Positions 49,225-58,562 are shown, numbered from the stretch's first letter. The stretch: 64,000 nt of DNA from Brevinematales bacterium (GCA_037479045.1 JBBFLL010000006.1:35832-99831), one strand, 5' to 3'. Program-made: numbers and translations. Notes: generated by a model not told the origin, from the sequence alone.

Positions 49225-49274
49225 AAAAACCTCTTTTGGTAGTAATTTTAAAACTACTATTTTTCATTGTATAT

Positions 49275-49302
49275 ATTATGACTTAATTTTAAATAATTGC
49301 AA
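49275..49302 (-). promoter_or_regulatory. possible internal sigma70-like promoter ahead of fliE (TTGCAA-N16-CATAAT)
   Basis: It lies in the 108-nt flgC-fliE gap. The context is AT-rich, so specificity is low. Confidence 0.25.
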
Positions 49303-49332
49303 GATTTTTTAAAAAAATTTTTTAAAAAATTT

Positions 49333-49788
49333 TTACTTTCCTATACTTAAAGCCTTTTCAAACATCTGTCTACCAGCCTGAATTACAGAAATATTGGCTT
49401 CATAGCTTCTATTTGCCGAAATCATATCCACCATTTCTTCTACTATATTAACATTTGGCATCATAACATATCCAGCCCATTTTCCAGATTTTATTGCATC
49501 TGGGTGGGTTGGATCGTAAACCATTCTTGGTGGTTTTTCATCCTTTTCTATCTTTAAAACTTTAACTCCCTGCCCCATCTGTTTTCTCAAATTATCAGGT
49601 AGCAAATGAGATTTAAAGGTCAAACTATCATCAACAGGTCTTAATATAACTCTTGACCTCTGAAATGGTCCACCTTCTGTTGTTCTTGTGGTTGTAGCAT
49701 TTGCAATATTGTTTGCTATAACATCAAGTCTCAATCTCTGAGAAGTTAATCCGCTACCACTTATATTTAATGTTGAAAATAAACCCAT
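49333..49788 (-). CDS. flgC: flagellar basal-body rod protein FlgC
   Basis: SGSGLTSQRLRLDVIANNIANATTT.. and the C-terminus ..NVNIVEEMVDMISANRSYEAN. Confidence 0.92.
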   Translation of the reverse strand: MGLFSTLNISGSGLTSQRLRLDVIANNIANATTTRTTEGGPFQRSRVILRPVDDSLTFKSHLLPDNLRKQMGQGVKVLKIEKDEKPPRMVYDPTHPDAIKSGKWAGYVMMPNVNIVEEMVDMISANRSYEANISVIQAGRQMFEKALSIGK

Positions 49789-49798
49789 ATTAATCCTC

Positions 49799-50221
49799 CT
49801 ATCTCATCGCTATGTCAAGAATTTTTATGTTTCTCGAATATCCTTCTATCAATGCATTATATTGCATTGAGTTTTTCATTGCATCAACCATTTCCTTATC
49901 AATATCAACATTGTTCTTATCATTTCTATAGTTTGAATCATACTCAACAACTATCTTTGGCTTAACAGTTTTATAATCAATAAACTGGTTAAAATCGATA
50001 TGCTTGCTATCTGTCATAAGTGTGGGAAACTCTGGTTTTCTTTCGGATTCAATTGCTCTCTGAAGTTGAGATTCAAACGTAACTTCAGATCTCTTAAAAA
50101 AAGGTGTGTCGGCATTCGCAATATTGTCAGCTATAACTTCTCTTCTCAATGAAACAGCATCCAAAGCCCTTTCATAGAGATCCATTTTTTTAGCAAAGGC
50201 ATTGTTAACTCCAAAAAGCAT
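49799..50221 (-). CDS. flgB: flagellar basal-body rod protein FlgB
   Basis: ..LRREVIADNIANADTPFFKR.. and ..VDIDKEMVDAMKNSMQYNA. RBS AGGAGG is present. Confidence 0.9.
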   Translation of the reverse strand: MLFGVNNAFAKKMDLYERALDAVSLRREVIADNIANADTPFFKRSEVTFESQLQRAIESERKPEFPTLMTDSKHIDFNQFIDYKTVKPKIVVEYDSNYRNDKNNVDIDKEMVDAMKNSMQYNALIEGYSRNIKILDIAMR

Positions 50222-50240
50222 AGAAACCCTCCTGTTTAAT

Positions 50241-50268
50241 TTATCGGAAGGTTATTTTAATCGATTAG
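50241..50268 (-). promoter_or_regulatory. possible sigma28 (FliA)-like promoter upstream of flgB (TAAT-N15-TCCGATAA)
   Basis: The minus strand reads ..gctaatcgattaaaataaccttccgataaatt.. The -10 element matches CCGATAA. The -35 match is weak. Confidence 0.3.
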
Positions 50269-50319
50269 CAAAATTAAATAATTTGTGTTTTCAAATTTAC
50301 AGAAGTGAAAATTATGAAT

Positions 50320-50892
50320 CTATCGTTTTTCAATAAATTTCACATAATAAAGGACACTCAATATAGTTTTAGCATCCATTATTTCACCATTTTTAATCAT
50401 ATTTAACACTTCATCAATAGAATAAAAGAAAACTTCAATAAATTCGTCCTCATCAAGATCCTGTTTGTTCAATTTGAGATTTTCTGCTTTAAAAACATAA
50501 ATCTTCTCAGTGCTATAACCAACAGCAGGGAAATAAGAAAAAAGATATGTAAGTTTACCAGCTAAAAACCCTGTCTCCTCAAGCAACTCTCTTTTTGCCG
50601 CTTCAAGTGGATCTTCCTTTGGATCATCAAGTTTTCCAGCAGGAATTTCATAAAGAAACTGTTTTACAGAATATCTATATTGTTTCTCAAGAATAATTTT
50701 ATTTTCATCATTGAAAGCTAAAATCGCTACAGCTTCTGGATAATTTACAACGTCTTTTTTTGTTTCTCTACCATCAGGAAGTAGCACTTTATCACTATAT
50801 AATGAAAAAGCCTTGCCTTTATAAATTAACTCCGAAGAAAGAGTCTCCTCAGGAACATCATTTGATATCATCTTGTTTGATGTCATTTTCAA
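50320..50892 (-). CDS. NUDIX hydrolase (ADP-ribose pyrophosphatase-like)
   Basis: The Nudix box is GKLDDPKEDPLEAAKRELLEETGF. It overlaps the end of purF, and the exact start is uncertain. Confidence 0.8.
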   Translation of the reverse strand: MKMTSNKMISNDVPEETLSSELIYKGKAFSLYSDKVLLPDGRETKKDVVNYPEAVAILAFNDENKIILEKQYRYSVKQFLYEIPAGKLDDPKEDPLEAAKRELLEETGFLAGKLTYLFSYFPAVGYSTEKIYVFKAENLKLNKQDLDEDEFIEVFFYSIDEVLNMIKNGEIMDAKTILSVLYYVKFIEKR

Positions 50893-52288
50893 ATCCTTCT
50901 TTTTTAAATTCCCTTATTTTTGTTGGATAAAGCCCATCAAAACAGGCTTTACAAAAGTCTTTTTTATTTATACCCGTATTTTCAAACATAGACTCAACAC
51001 TTATATATCCCACACTATCTGCCCCAATGAATTCTGCAATTTCTTCAAAAGTATTAAGTTTGTTCGCCAAAAGTTCTTCTTTAGTAGAAAAATCAATACC
51101 ATAAAAGCATGGATTTTTAACAGGTGGAGAAGCAACCCTGAAATGAATCTCTTTTGGGTTTAAAGACCTCACCATCTTGATTATCTTTTTTGATGTTGTC
51201 CCTCTTACTATAGAATCATCTATTAAAACTATACGTTTACCTTCTATAAGCTCTCTTACTGGAATAAACTTCATTTTCACACCAAAATCTCTTATCTTCT
51301 GACTTGGCTCTATAAATGTTCGCCCGATATAATGACTTCTGATAAGCCCCATCGCAAATGGAATTCCAGAAAATTTTGAATATCCTAAAGCTGCCACTAT
51401 CCCAGAATCTGGCACAGGAATAACATAATCCGCCTCTACAGGAAACTCTTTGGCAAGGACTTCTCCAATCTTAAACCTGAAATCATAAACAAGTTTATCA
51501 AACACCACAGATGATGGTTTTGAAAAATAAATCAATTCAAAAACACATTGTTTCTTCTCTGTTTCTTTATCAATAATCTTGTATGAATTGATACCAGATT
51601 CAGAACAAACTATCATTTCATTTGGCTCTAAATCTTTTCTCTTTGTAGCTTCAACAATCGTAAAAGCACTGTCCTCAGAAGAAAAAACAAGCGACTCAGG
51701 TTCATCAAGTAATCCACTTCCTATATATCCCATAGATAAAGGCCTGAAACCGAACGGATCTCTTGCAGCAATAATATATTCTCTTGTTAAAACAAGCAAA
51801 GCATAGGCTCCCTCAAGTTGTGCGAATGCCCATTTGCAAGAATTCACAACATCGTCAAACGGAGCATCTGAAATAAGGTGTAATATAACCTCACTATCAC
51901 TTGTAGAATGAAAAATTTTGCCTTTTTTAATCAAGGAATGTCTTATTTCCGAAGCATTTGTTATATTCCCATTGTGAGCTATTGCTATAGCCCCTTTTGA
52001 TGTTACTGCACTTATCGGCTGTGCATTTATAAGTGTAGATGAGCCTGTTGTTGAATATCTGACATGCCCTATTGCATTTTTACCAAGAAGATAACCAATC
52101 TTTTCCTCATCAAAAAAATCAGTTACCTTACCAAGACCTACTTGTTTATACAAATACTTACCATCAGTGGAAACTATACCACAGGCTTCTTGCCCTCTGT
52201 GTTGGAGAAAATTAAGCCCCAGATAGACATACCTTGAAGCCTCTGGAATACCATATATCCCGAAAATTCCACATTCTTCCTTTAACAT
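50858..52288 (-). CDS. purF: amidophosphoribosyltransferase
   Basis: N-terminal nucleophile context EECGIFGIYG and the PRTase motif VLIDDSIVRGTT. Confidence 0.92.
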   Translation of the reverse strand: MLKEECGIFGIYGIPEASRYVYLGLNFLQHRGQEACGIVSTDGKYLYKQVGLGKVTDFFDEEKIGYLLGKNAIGHVRYSTTGSSTLINAQPISAVTSKGAIAIAHNGNITNASEIRHSLIKKGKIFHSTSDSEVILHLISDAPFDDVVNSCKWAFAQLEGAYALLVLTREYIIAARDPFGFRPLSMGYIGSGLLDEPESLVFSSEDSAFTIVEATKRKDLEPNEMIVCSESGINSYKIIDKETEKKQCVFELIYFSKPSSVVFDKLVYDFRFKIGEVLAKEFPVEADYVIPVPDSGIVAALGYSKFSGIPFAMGLIRSHYIGRTFIEPSQKIRDFGVKMKFIPVRELIEGKRIVLIDDSIVRGTTSKKIIKMVRSLNPKEIHFRVASPPVKNPCFYGIDFSTKEELLANKLNTFEEIAEFIGADSVGYISVESMFENTGINKKDFCKACFDGLYPTKIREFKKEGFENDIKQDDIK

Positions 52289-52359
52289 TTAAATATTCCT
52301 TAAAAAAAGAGAGAGACACAAAAATTATAACAAAAAATTAACAAAAAGTAAACCAAAAT

Positions 52360-53817
52360 TTATGCATTTGAGAAATACTGCAAATTATTTAAAAATTCAT
52401 CGTTTGAAACAGTCTTTTTCATTGCATTTGTTATCTTTGGAATAATCTCTTCATTTGCCATACCTGCAAAAACCTTTCTTAACATTCTTACCTTTTCAAG
52501 GTCATCAGGTGGTAGCAATAATTCTTCTCTTCTTGTTCCAGAAAGTTTAATATCTATTGCAGGGAATATTCTTATATTAGCAAGGTTTCTATCAAGATGA
52601 ATTTCCATATTACCAGTTCCCTTAAATTCTTCGTAAATAACTTCATCCATCTTACTACCTGTATCAACGAGAGCAGTAGCTATGATCGTGAGACTACCGC
52701 CTTCTTCAACATTTCTTGCCGCACCAAAAAACTTCTTTGGCTTGTGCAAAGCATTTGCATCAATACCACCAGAAAGAACCCTTCCACTTGGTGGTTCTAC
52801 CATATTATAAGCACGAGCAAGACGAGTTATAGAATCAAGAAGTATAACCACATCATATCCACTTTCTACAAGTCTCTTTGCCTTCTCAAGCACCATCTGT
52901 GCAACAAGAACATGTCTATTTGGCTGTTCATCAAATGTAGAACTTAATACTTCGGCTTTTACAGACCTCTGCATATCTGTAACTTCTTCTGGTCTTTCAT
53001 CTACAAGGAATATCAACAACTTAACTTCTGGATGATTCCTTGTAATACTGTTTGCAATCTTTTTAAGTAAAACAGTCTTTCCAGCCTTTGGCGGAGAAAC
53101 AATCAAACCTCTCTGCCCTTTACCTATTGGTGTAAAAAGATCCATTATTCTCATGGCTATTTCATCAGGATCTGTCTCAAGTTTTATTTTCTTATCTGGA
53201 AAAAGTGGTGTGAGGTTATCAAACAATGCCCTTCTTCTTGCTTCTTCTGGAGCTTTATCGTTAATCTTTTCTATCCTCAATAATGCAAAAAACTTTTCTT
53301 CTTCTGTCTTCTTTGGCGGCCTTATCTGACCTTCTACAGTATCACCTGTTCTCAATCTGAAAAGAGAAATCTGAGATGGAGAAACATAGATGTCATCAGA
53401 ACTTGATAGATAATTATATCTATTTGACCTTAAAAAACCAAATCCACCTTCTATAACCTGTAATGTTCCACCACCATAGATTATTCCATCATTCTCAGAA
53501 TGCTTCCTTAAAATCTGATAGATAAGCTCCTGAGTATGCATGGCTTCAAAATTTTCTATCTTCATATATTCGCCAAGCATCATAAGCTCAGTAATAGAAA
53601 GTTGTTTTAATTTGTTGATATAGAGTTTCCCATCATCTGTGAATACCTGTCTTTTTACTTCTTCAATATCCTCTGAAGGAATATAAGAATCAAATAGCCC
53701 ATTACCATTTGAAGTGGCGGGTTTTTCTTCTGAATCGGCAACTTCAATGTCTTCTAAATTATTTTGCTCATTAAGCATTTCTTCATTATTAGTTTTCAAT
53801 TTCAACTTTCTTGGCAT
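52360..53817 (-). CDS. rho: transcription termination factor Rho
   Basis: RNA-binding OB domain (GFGFLR), Walker A motif SPPKAGKT, and a ~60-aa acidic N-terminal extension. Confidence 0.93.
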   Translation of the reverse strand: MPRKLKLKTNNEEMLNEQNNLEDIEVADSEEKPATSNGNGLFDSYIPSEDIEEVKRQVFTDDGKLYINKLKQLSITELMMLGEYMKIENFEAMHTQELIYQILRKHSENDGIIYGGGTLQVIEGGFGFLRSNRYNYLSSSDDIYVSPSQISLFRLRTGDTVEGQIRPPKKTEEEKFFALLRIEKINDKAPEEARRRALFDNLTPLFPDKKIKLETDPDEIAMRIMDLFTPIGKGQRGLIVSPPKAGKTVLLKKIANSITRNHPEVKLLIFLVDERPEEVTDMQRSVKAEVLSSTFDEQPNRHVLVAQMVLEKAKRLVESGYDVVILLDSITRLARAYNMVEPPSGRVLSGGIDANALHKPKKFFGAARNVEEGGSLTIIATALVDTGSKMDEVIYEEFKGTGNMEIHLDRNLANIRIFPAIDIKLSGTRREELLLPPDDLEKVRMLRKVFAGMANEEIIPKITNAMKKTVSNDEFLNNLQYFSNA

Positions 53818-53973
53818 AATTTAAAACCTCTTTCTTTTTATTTAAAACTACAGAATTGTTTTTGTAAAATAACAGAAACTCCACTATCGGATAACTCCAA
53901 CTTTTTGTCCTAAGACATTAAAGAAGTGCATAAAGGTACAGATACTCCAGAACTTAGGATTGAAACTATTAAT

Positions 53974-54001
53974 ATTATATAGAGTTTTTTGAAAATGTCA
54001 A
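53974..54001 (-). promoter_or_regulatory. sigma70-like promoter of rho (TTGACA-N16-TATAAT)
   Basis: Consensus hexamers read on the minus strand at 53996-54001 and 53974-53979. This implies a ~150-nt leader. Confidence 0.55.
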
Positions 54002-54196
54002 TTATTTTTTATATTAAAATTTTCCAATTGTTGTTCCACCCAGTAGTGAAATAGTTTCTGAAATTTAAAAATCTTAAATTTGCCACTAAATAACTAATTG
54101 TTTCTAATAAAAATATTTTAATATGACAATCTAAAAAGGAATAATACATCAATAGTAAATTACTTTGGGTAAAGCAATCGGAAGATTTTGAGTGGC

Positions 54197-54554
54197 TTGC
54201 AAGAGTCATTGCGAGCGAAGCAATCTCAACACCGACACTGCCTTGGGCAGTGTCTTGCTCACGCGATACTACCTCTGCCGGGGAAGTAATCGCGGAGATT
54301 TTTCCTATATCCTGTAGCTACAATCGGTGAAAACTTGACATCCTGTCTTCGGTAGCTTAATCGTTCGGCAGAATTTTATCAGCCGTGCTAATAGAAAATT
54401 AAAATAAGCAAATCGCACGGTAACCACTGATAAAATTCTGCCTCACTCATAGAAAAACAACAATTTCACCTCATCGGCAATCATCCTGATTGCCTCAGTA
54501 AAGCAAAAGGATATAGGAAAAATCCCCGCTTACATAGTAGAAACCCGGCAGAGG
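54197..54554. other. hairpin-dense, G+C-rich non-coding element (candidate structured RNA or MITE/PATE-like element)
   Basis: Hand-verified helices:
- 54208-12/54220-24
- 54234-42/54246-54
- 54272-82/54544-54 (11 bp)
- 54292-313/54508-29 (21 of 22 positions paired)
- 54316-21/54352-57
- 54367-82/54427-42 (16 bp) plus 54383-88/54415-20
- 54476-83/54487-94
A sample line (54241-54300) is 57% G+C against ~28-30% in the backbone. No ORF spans it. Confidence 0.6.
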
Positions 54555-54639
54555 ATAAAAACAAACAAAAAAATTTAAAAATTAAACTTTCCTTTTTTGT
54601 AAAAGAAAAGCCTCATTTTTAAAGCCTTCGTCAAAGCAC

Positions 54640-54716
54640 AACTTTGAACTTTAAACTTTAAACTTTGAACTTTGAACTTTGAACTTTGAACTTTGAACTT
54701 TGAACTTTCAACTCTC
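54640..54716 (+). repeat. 7-bp tandem repeat, (AACTTTR) x10 plus one degenerate unit
   Basis: The units are AACTTTG, AACTTTA, AACTTTA, AACTTTG x6 (54661-54702), AACTTTC, AACTCTC. The array ends 65-72 nt upstream of ATG 54781. Confidence 0.95.
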
Positions 54717-54780
54717 ATAACACTCCATTTTCTTGAAATTTTTCATTAAATATGATAGTTTATTTAAACAGGGGTAAATT

Positions 54781-56499
54781 ATGAAAAAAATATTGTTTAT
54801 TCTGATTTTCCTTCTCTCAATCACTCTTTATGCAAAAGAAATAAAGCCTTTTGGTTCACCAAATGCTATAAAAGGCGGACAAATAACAATTCATAACCCA
54901 GAATTTCCAAAATCCTTCAATTATTATGTAAACAATGCTCTTGATGCTTCAATAGTTTTTGGGCTTATATATGAAAGCCTCATTGAAATTCATCCAGAAA
55001 CGCTTGAATTTATGCCACTTCTTGCAAAAAGCTGGACTATTTCAGAGGACAAAAAGACTTTTATTTTTGAAATAGATGAAAGGGCTAAATGGGCTGATGG
55101 AAAGGATGTGACAGCCTATGACGTGCTTTTCACTTATGAAACTATAATGAATCCATCAAATATGACATCAGTCCAGAGAATTTTTCTATCAAGATTTGAA
55201 AAGCCAGTTGTATTGAACGAAAGAAAGATAAAATTTGTTGCAAAAAATGTCCATTACAACAATTTTATAACACTCGGTGGGCTTAATATTCTGCCAAAAC
55301 ATCTTTTTGAAGGCAAGAATTTCAATAGAGATTTTAACAATATGCTACCGCCGGGTAGTGGACCATATACCTTGGCTGAGGTTAAAGAAGGAAGATATTA
55401 TGTTCTCAAGAGGAGACCAGACTACTGGGGATATGTGCTTCCTCATCATACTGGAATATTCAATTTTGATAAAATTAAATTCAAAATTATCAGAGATGAT
55501 AACGTTGCCTTTGAGGCATTTAAAAAAGGAGATTTTGACATATTCACAAGTATAACAGCCAAACGCTGGGTAACAGAAACGAACTCAATACATTTCCAGA
55601 AAAACTGGATATTAAGGAAAAAAATCTACAACTATAAACCAAAAGGTTTCTCAGGCATAGCATTAAATATGAGAAAACCAATCTTTAAAGATAAGAGGGT
55701 AAGACAAGCTCTCTTTATGCTCCTCGATAGAGAAGATTTGATCAAACGACTTATGTATAATGAATATACTCCACTTAATTCCTACTGGGCAACCATAAAC
55801 AAAAATCCCAAAAATATTTACACCTACAACCCAGAAAAAGCAAAAATGCTACTCAAAGAGGCTGGATACGACAGACTTGACAAAGACGGATACTTAATAA
55901 ACAAAAAAGGCGAAAGACTTGAATTCAAAATAAACTATGTAACAGAAGCATTTGAAAAACATTTAACAAGCTATGCAGAAAGTTGCAAGAAAGCTGGCAT
56001 AAAGGTCAATCTTGAAATTCTTTCGTGGGCAACTTTACTTAAGAAACTTGATAATTACGACTTTGATGCAATAACAATAGGCTGGTCAACAAGCCTTTTT
56101 GAAGACCCAGAACAGCTCTGGCATTCAAAACACATAAATGAAGCAGGAGGAAATAACCTTCCTGGTTATGCAAACAAAGAGGTTGACAGTCTTATTGATA
56201 GCTTACCGCCTATATTCGATGTTTCAAAAAGATATGAAATTATAAGAAAAATAGATAATATAATCTATCAAGATGTGCCATACATTCTTTTCTGGAGTGC
56301 TGACCACGAAAAGATATTCTATAAACCTATTTTTGGTATGCCAGAAACATATTTAACAAAGTATGGCAATGTTTATGACTTTCTGGTTTACTGGTGGATA
56401 GATCCAGAAAAAGAAAAAGCATACAAAGAAGCAGTAAAGAAAAAACTCTCTCTGCCTTCAGAAGAAGTTGAAATTTTCTATGATAAAATAAAAAAATGA
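54781..56499 (+). CDS. ABC transporter substrate-binding protein, family 5 (peptide/oligopeptide type)
   Basis: Signal peptide, length 572 aa, SBP_bac_5-like sequence throughout (..LAKSW..S.D.K...F.I...AKW.DG..VTA.DV.F). Confidence 0.85.
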   Translation: MKKILFILIFLLSITLYAKEIKPFGSPNAIKGGQITIHNPEFPKSFNYYVNNALDASIVFGLIYESLIEIHPETLEFMPLLAKSWTISEDKKTFIFEIDERAKWADGKDVTAYDVLFTYETIMNPSNMTSVQRIFLSRFEKPVVLNERKIKFVAKNVHYNNFITLGGLNILPKHLFEGKNFNRDFNNMLPPGSGPYTLAEVKEGRYYVLKRRPDYWGYVLPHHTGIFNFDKIKFKIIRDDNVAFEAFKKGDFDIFTSITAKRWVTETNSIHFQKNWILRKKIYNYKPKGFSGIALNMRKPIFKDKRVRQALFMLLDREDLIKRLMYNEYTPLNSYWATINKNPKNIYTYNPEKAKMLLKEAGYDRLDKDGYLINKKGERLEFKINYVTEAFEKHLTSYAESCKKAGIKVNLEILSWATLLKKLDNYDFDAITIGWSTSLFEDPEQLWHSKHINEAGGNNLPGYANKEVDSLIDSLPPIFDVSKRYEIIRKIDNIIYQDVPYILFWSADHEKIFYKPIFGMPETYLTKYGNVYDFLVYWWIDPEKEKAYKEAVKKKLSLPSEEVEIFYDKIKK

Positions 56500-56512
56500 G
56501 TGAAATTTAACT

Positions 56513-56550
56513 AAAACGGGTAGGTTCGATGTCTCGAACCTACCCGTTTT
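56513..56550. terminator. bidirectional intrinsic terminator
   Basis: A perfect 17-bp stem: aaaacgggtaggttcga (56513-29) pairs with tcgaacctacccgtttt (56534-50) around a 4-nt loop. A/T runs lie on both sides. It sits between convergent genes. Confidence 0.85.
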
Positions 56551-56565
56551 AATTTGATAAAGCAA

Positions 56566-57480
56566 TCAAAAATTAATTTCACTCGCTATATAATATCTTC
56601 CATCGGTTGAAACTTGAAAACCAAGATTAAAAATATCTGCAAAACTTCTCTTGACCGAAGCCTCAAGAATAAATTTGTTATCTTTAAAATTATACAATTC
56701 CCTTAAAGCAAAAGTTATTTTACTATAGGTTATACCCTCTTCAAATCTCAAGATTAAATCATTATCAGTATAATAGGTAATATCAAAAATTCCAGACAAT
56801 ATAAAATCCAGAATCTTTAAATCCTTTCTCATACTCAATTGATGAACAAAGTATAAATTATCAGGTTCATAAACAACAGGATTGTTATGATAAAACAAAG
56901 AAACCCATCTTAAATAAAAATCTTCAATCATAAATTTTGCTATCACTCCAGATGGAATCATATGTCTATAATCACCCTGTGAATATGCAACAAAAAAATT
57001 ATTAAAGTCAAGCCCAAATCTTATGCCTGCATAAGAAGGAAACAAATTCTTATAAATATCGGGAGAATCAAATTCTGTTTCAGAATAAACCTTATAAGGA
57101 AGAAACAAAAGTAAACTATCCGTATTCTGTAAATAATTTGCCGCACCTCTCAAAGATAGAAAAACCTTATAAAACCAGAGATTTATACCATAATCATAAA
57201 GCTCAATATTGTTGAGTAAAGGTGGATAATTTGTCTCTGGAATATGTGTATCCCTGAATCCTTTAAGAGTAAGAAAAAATTGCACCTTTTCAGCTAATGG
57301 TGTGAGATTATATCTCAAAAAAGCATTTCTCAAATGAAAAGTATTGCTATGAAATCCATAAGAAAGTAATCCATAACTATGAATAGTATGGGTATTCGTT
57401 TCGTATTTATCTTCAAGAATCTTCTCAAGCGAAAACAATGTTGAAGAAAATAAAAAAAGCAAAAAAACTATTCTTTTCAT
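56566..57480 (-). CDS. exported aromatic-rich protein, probable outer-membrane beta-barrel (unknown family)
   Basis: Signal peptide MKRIVFLLFLFSSTLFS. The sequence is beta-rich and Y/F-rich, and it ends in a C-terminal Phe (..YYIASEINF). Confidence 0.45.
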   Translation of the reverse strand: MKRIVFLLFLFSSTLFSLEKILEDKYETNTHTIHSYGLLSYGFHSNTFHLRNAFLRYNLTPLAEKVQFFLTLKGFRDTHIPETNYPPLLNNIELYDYGINLWFYKVFLSLRGAANYLQNTDSLLLFLPYKVYSETEFDSPDIYKNLFPSYAGIRFGLDFNNFFVAYSQGDYRHMIPSGVIAKFMIEDFYLRWVSLFYHNNPVVYEPDNLYFVHQLSMRKDLKILDFILSGIFDITYYTDNDLILRFEEGITYSKITFALRELYNFKDNKFILEASVKRSFADIFNLGFQVSTDGRYYIASEINF

Positions 57481-57482
57481 CT

Positions 57483-58553
57483 TTACTCCATAAGCAAAAA
57501 TTTATACTCAAGATTCACCACTAACTTCTGATCATATCTTATCATTATTGGTGTCCAGCTTACATCAGTATAGGGAAGGAATGTCCCATTAACAAAGCCT
57601 ATATTTATTATACATTCTTTTCCAATTTTTATCGACTTTTCTACATTAAAACCAGCATAAAATGGAACTCTATAGAAAGGGTCGCCTTCTATAGAAATAT
57701 ACTTTTCACTCCTGTTAATAAAACTACTGGTGAAAAATAAAATTGGTTGAAATTTGAACTCAAAAAGATAAAAATTGCCTTCAAGATATAATGCCTGCCC
57801 AAAAACGTTTAATTCTGGACGACTATCCCTATCTGGTAAAAAATAAGAAGCAAGATAAAGTATTGAAAAATTAGTATTTCTTAATCCAGCAGCAACAATA
57901 TAATTTTCTGTAATCTCAACTGGATGAGGATTTTCATGCCCTCCATTATGCCAGTAATGAGTCCCAAAGTAAATTGAATTAAAACTAACTATAAGTCCAA
58001 TATCAAATCTTTCCCTGTGAAATTGATTGTCTGGAAGCTGCCAGTTATAGTAAACATCAAGATAATCTTTATACTTTATCTGTAAACCATATTCATAGAA
58101 TCCATGACTGTATATCCCATAGGGAAAGGTTTCATAATCTATCGGAATCTGACTTTTTGTAATAACCCTCACCTGAGGAGTTAGATTGACAAGTGGATCA
58201 AGAATGCAGGGTGGAAAATTATGATTATTTTCAAGACTCCCCATTATAAAAGAAAAGCCATCATTCTCAATTTTTGTCTGAAAATATGGATAAAAATTCT
58301 TAATTTTATCTTCCTGATTAAACGGAAGAAGAAAACCGCACCCTATTTTAAAAGTAAGGTTTTCACTACTTTTAATAGTAAAATACGGTTGAAAAAGATT
58401 TTCAAAATAAGTAAGGGTATATCTTGTCTCTTCCCAGTAAGCACCATTTTCGCCATTGTAAGCATAAGAAGAATTAAAAATATTAAAATCCACTGAAGAA
58501 TAAATATTTTGAGTAAAAAACAAAAAGATCAATAAGGTAAGAAAATATTTCAC
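57483..58553 (-). CDS. exported aromatic-rich protein, possible outer-membrane protein (unknown family)
   Basis: Signal peptide MKYFLTLLIFLFFTQNIYS. The sequence is beta-rich. It lies 2 nt from the next gene. Confidence 0.4.
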   Translation of the reverse strand: MKYFLTLLIFLFFTQNIYSSVDFNIFNSSYAYNGENGAYWEETRYTLTYFENLFQPYFTIKSSENLTFKIGCGFLLPFNQEDKIKNFYPYFQTKIENDGFSFIMGSLENNHNFPPCILDPLVNLTPQVRVITKSQIPIDYETFPYGIYSHGFYEYGLQIKYKDYLDVYYNWQLPDNQFHRERFDIGLIVSFNSIYFGTHYWHNGGHENPHPVEITENYIVAAGLRNTNFSILYLASYFLPDRDSRPELNVFGQALYLEGNFYLFEFKFQPILFFTSSFINRSEKYISIEGDPFYRVPFYAGFNVEKSIKIGKECIINIGFVNGTFLPYTDVSWTPIMIRYDQKLVVNLEYKFLLME

Positions 58554-58562
58554 GCAAAATCC

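Noticed and set aside
54009-54209. 66-aa minus-strand ORF in the long rho-upstream non-coding region.
   Set aside because: It starts inside the G+C-rich hairpin motif and has no RBS. It has no similarity to anything I recognise. It would lie upstream of the strong rho promoter.
54197-54554. Identification of the structured element as RNase P RNA, tmRNA, SRP RNA, or a cobalamin, FMN or TPP riboswitch.
   Set aside because: - Neither strand has the RNase P GAGGAAAGUCC/ACAGAACCCGGCUUA pair. Only a loose AGAAACCCGGC resemblance is present.
- There is no tRNA-like GGUUCGAAUCC..CCA end, as tmRNA would require.
- There is no SRP GGAAGCAGC domain-IV motif.
- There is no B12 box, no AGGGUGAAAUUCC and no CUGAGA core.
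An Infernal scan is still needed.
54640-54716. A tandem repeat that might be mistaken for a CRISPR array.
   Set aside because: The unit is 7 bp with no spacers, and no cas genes are in the window. It is a microsatellite.
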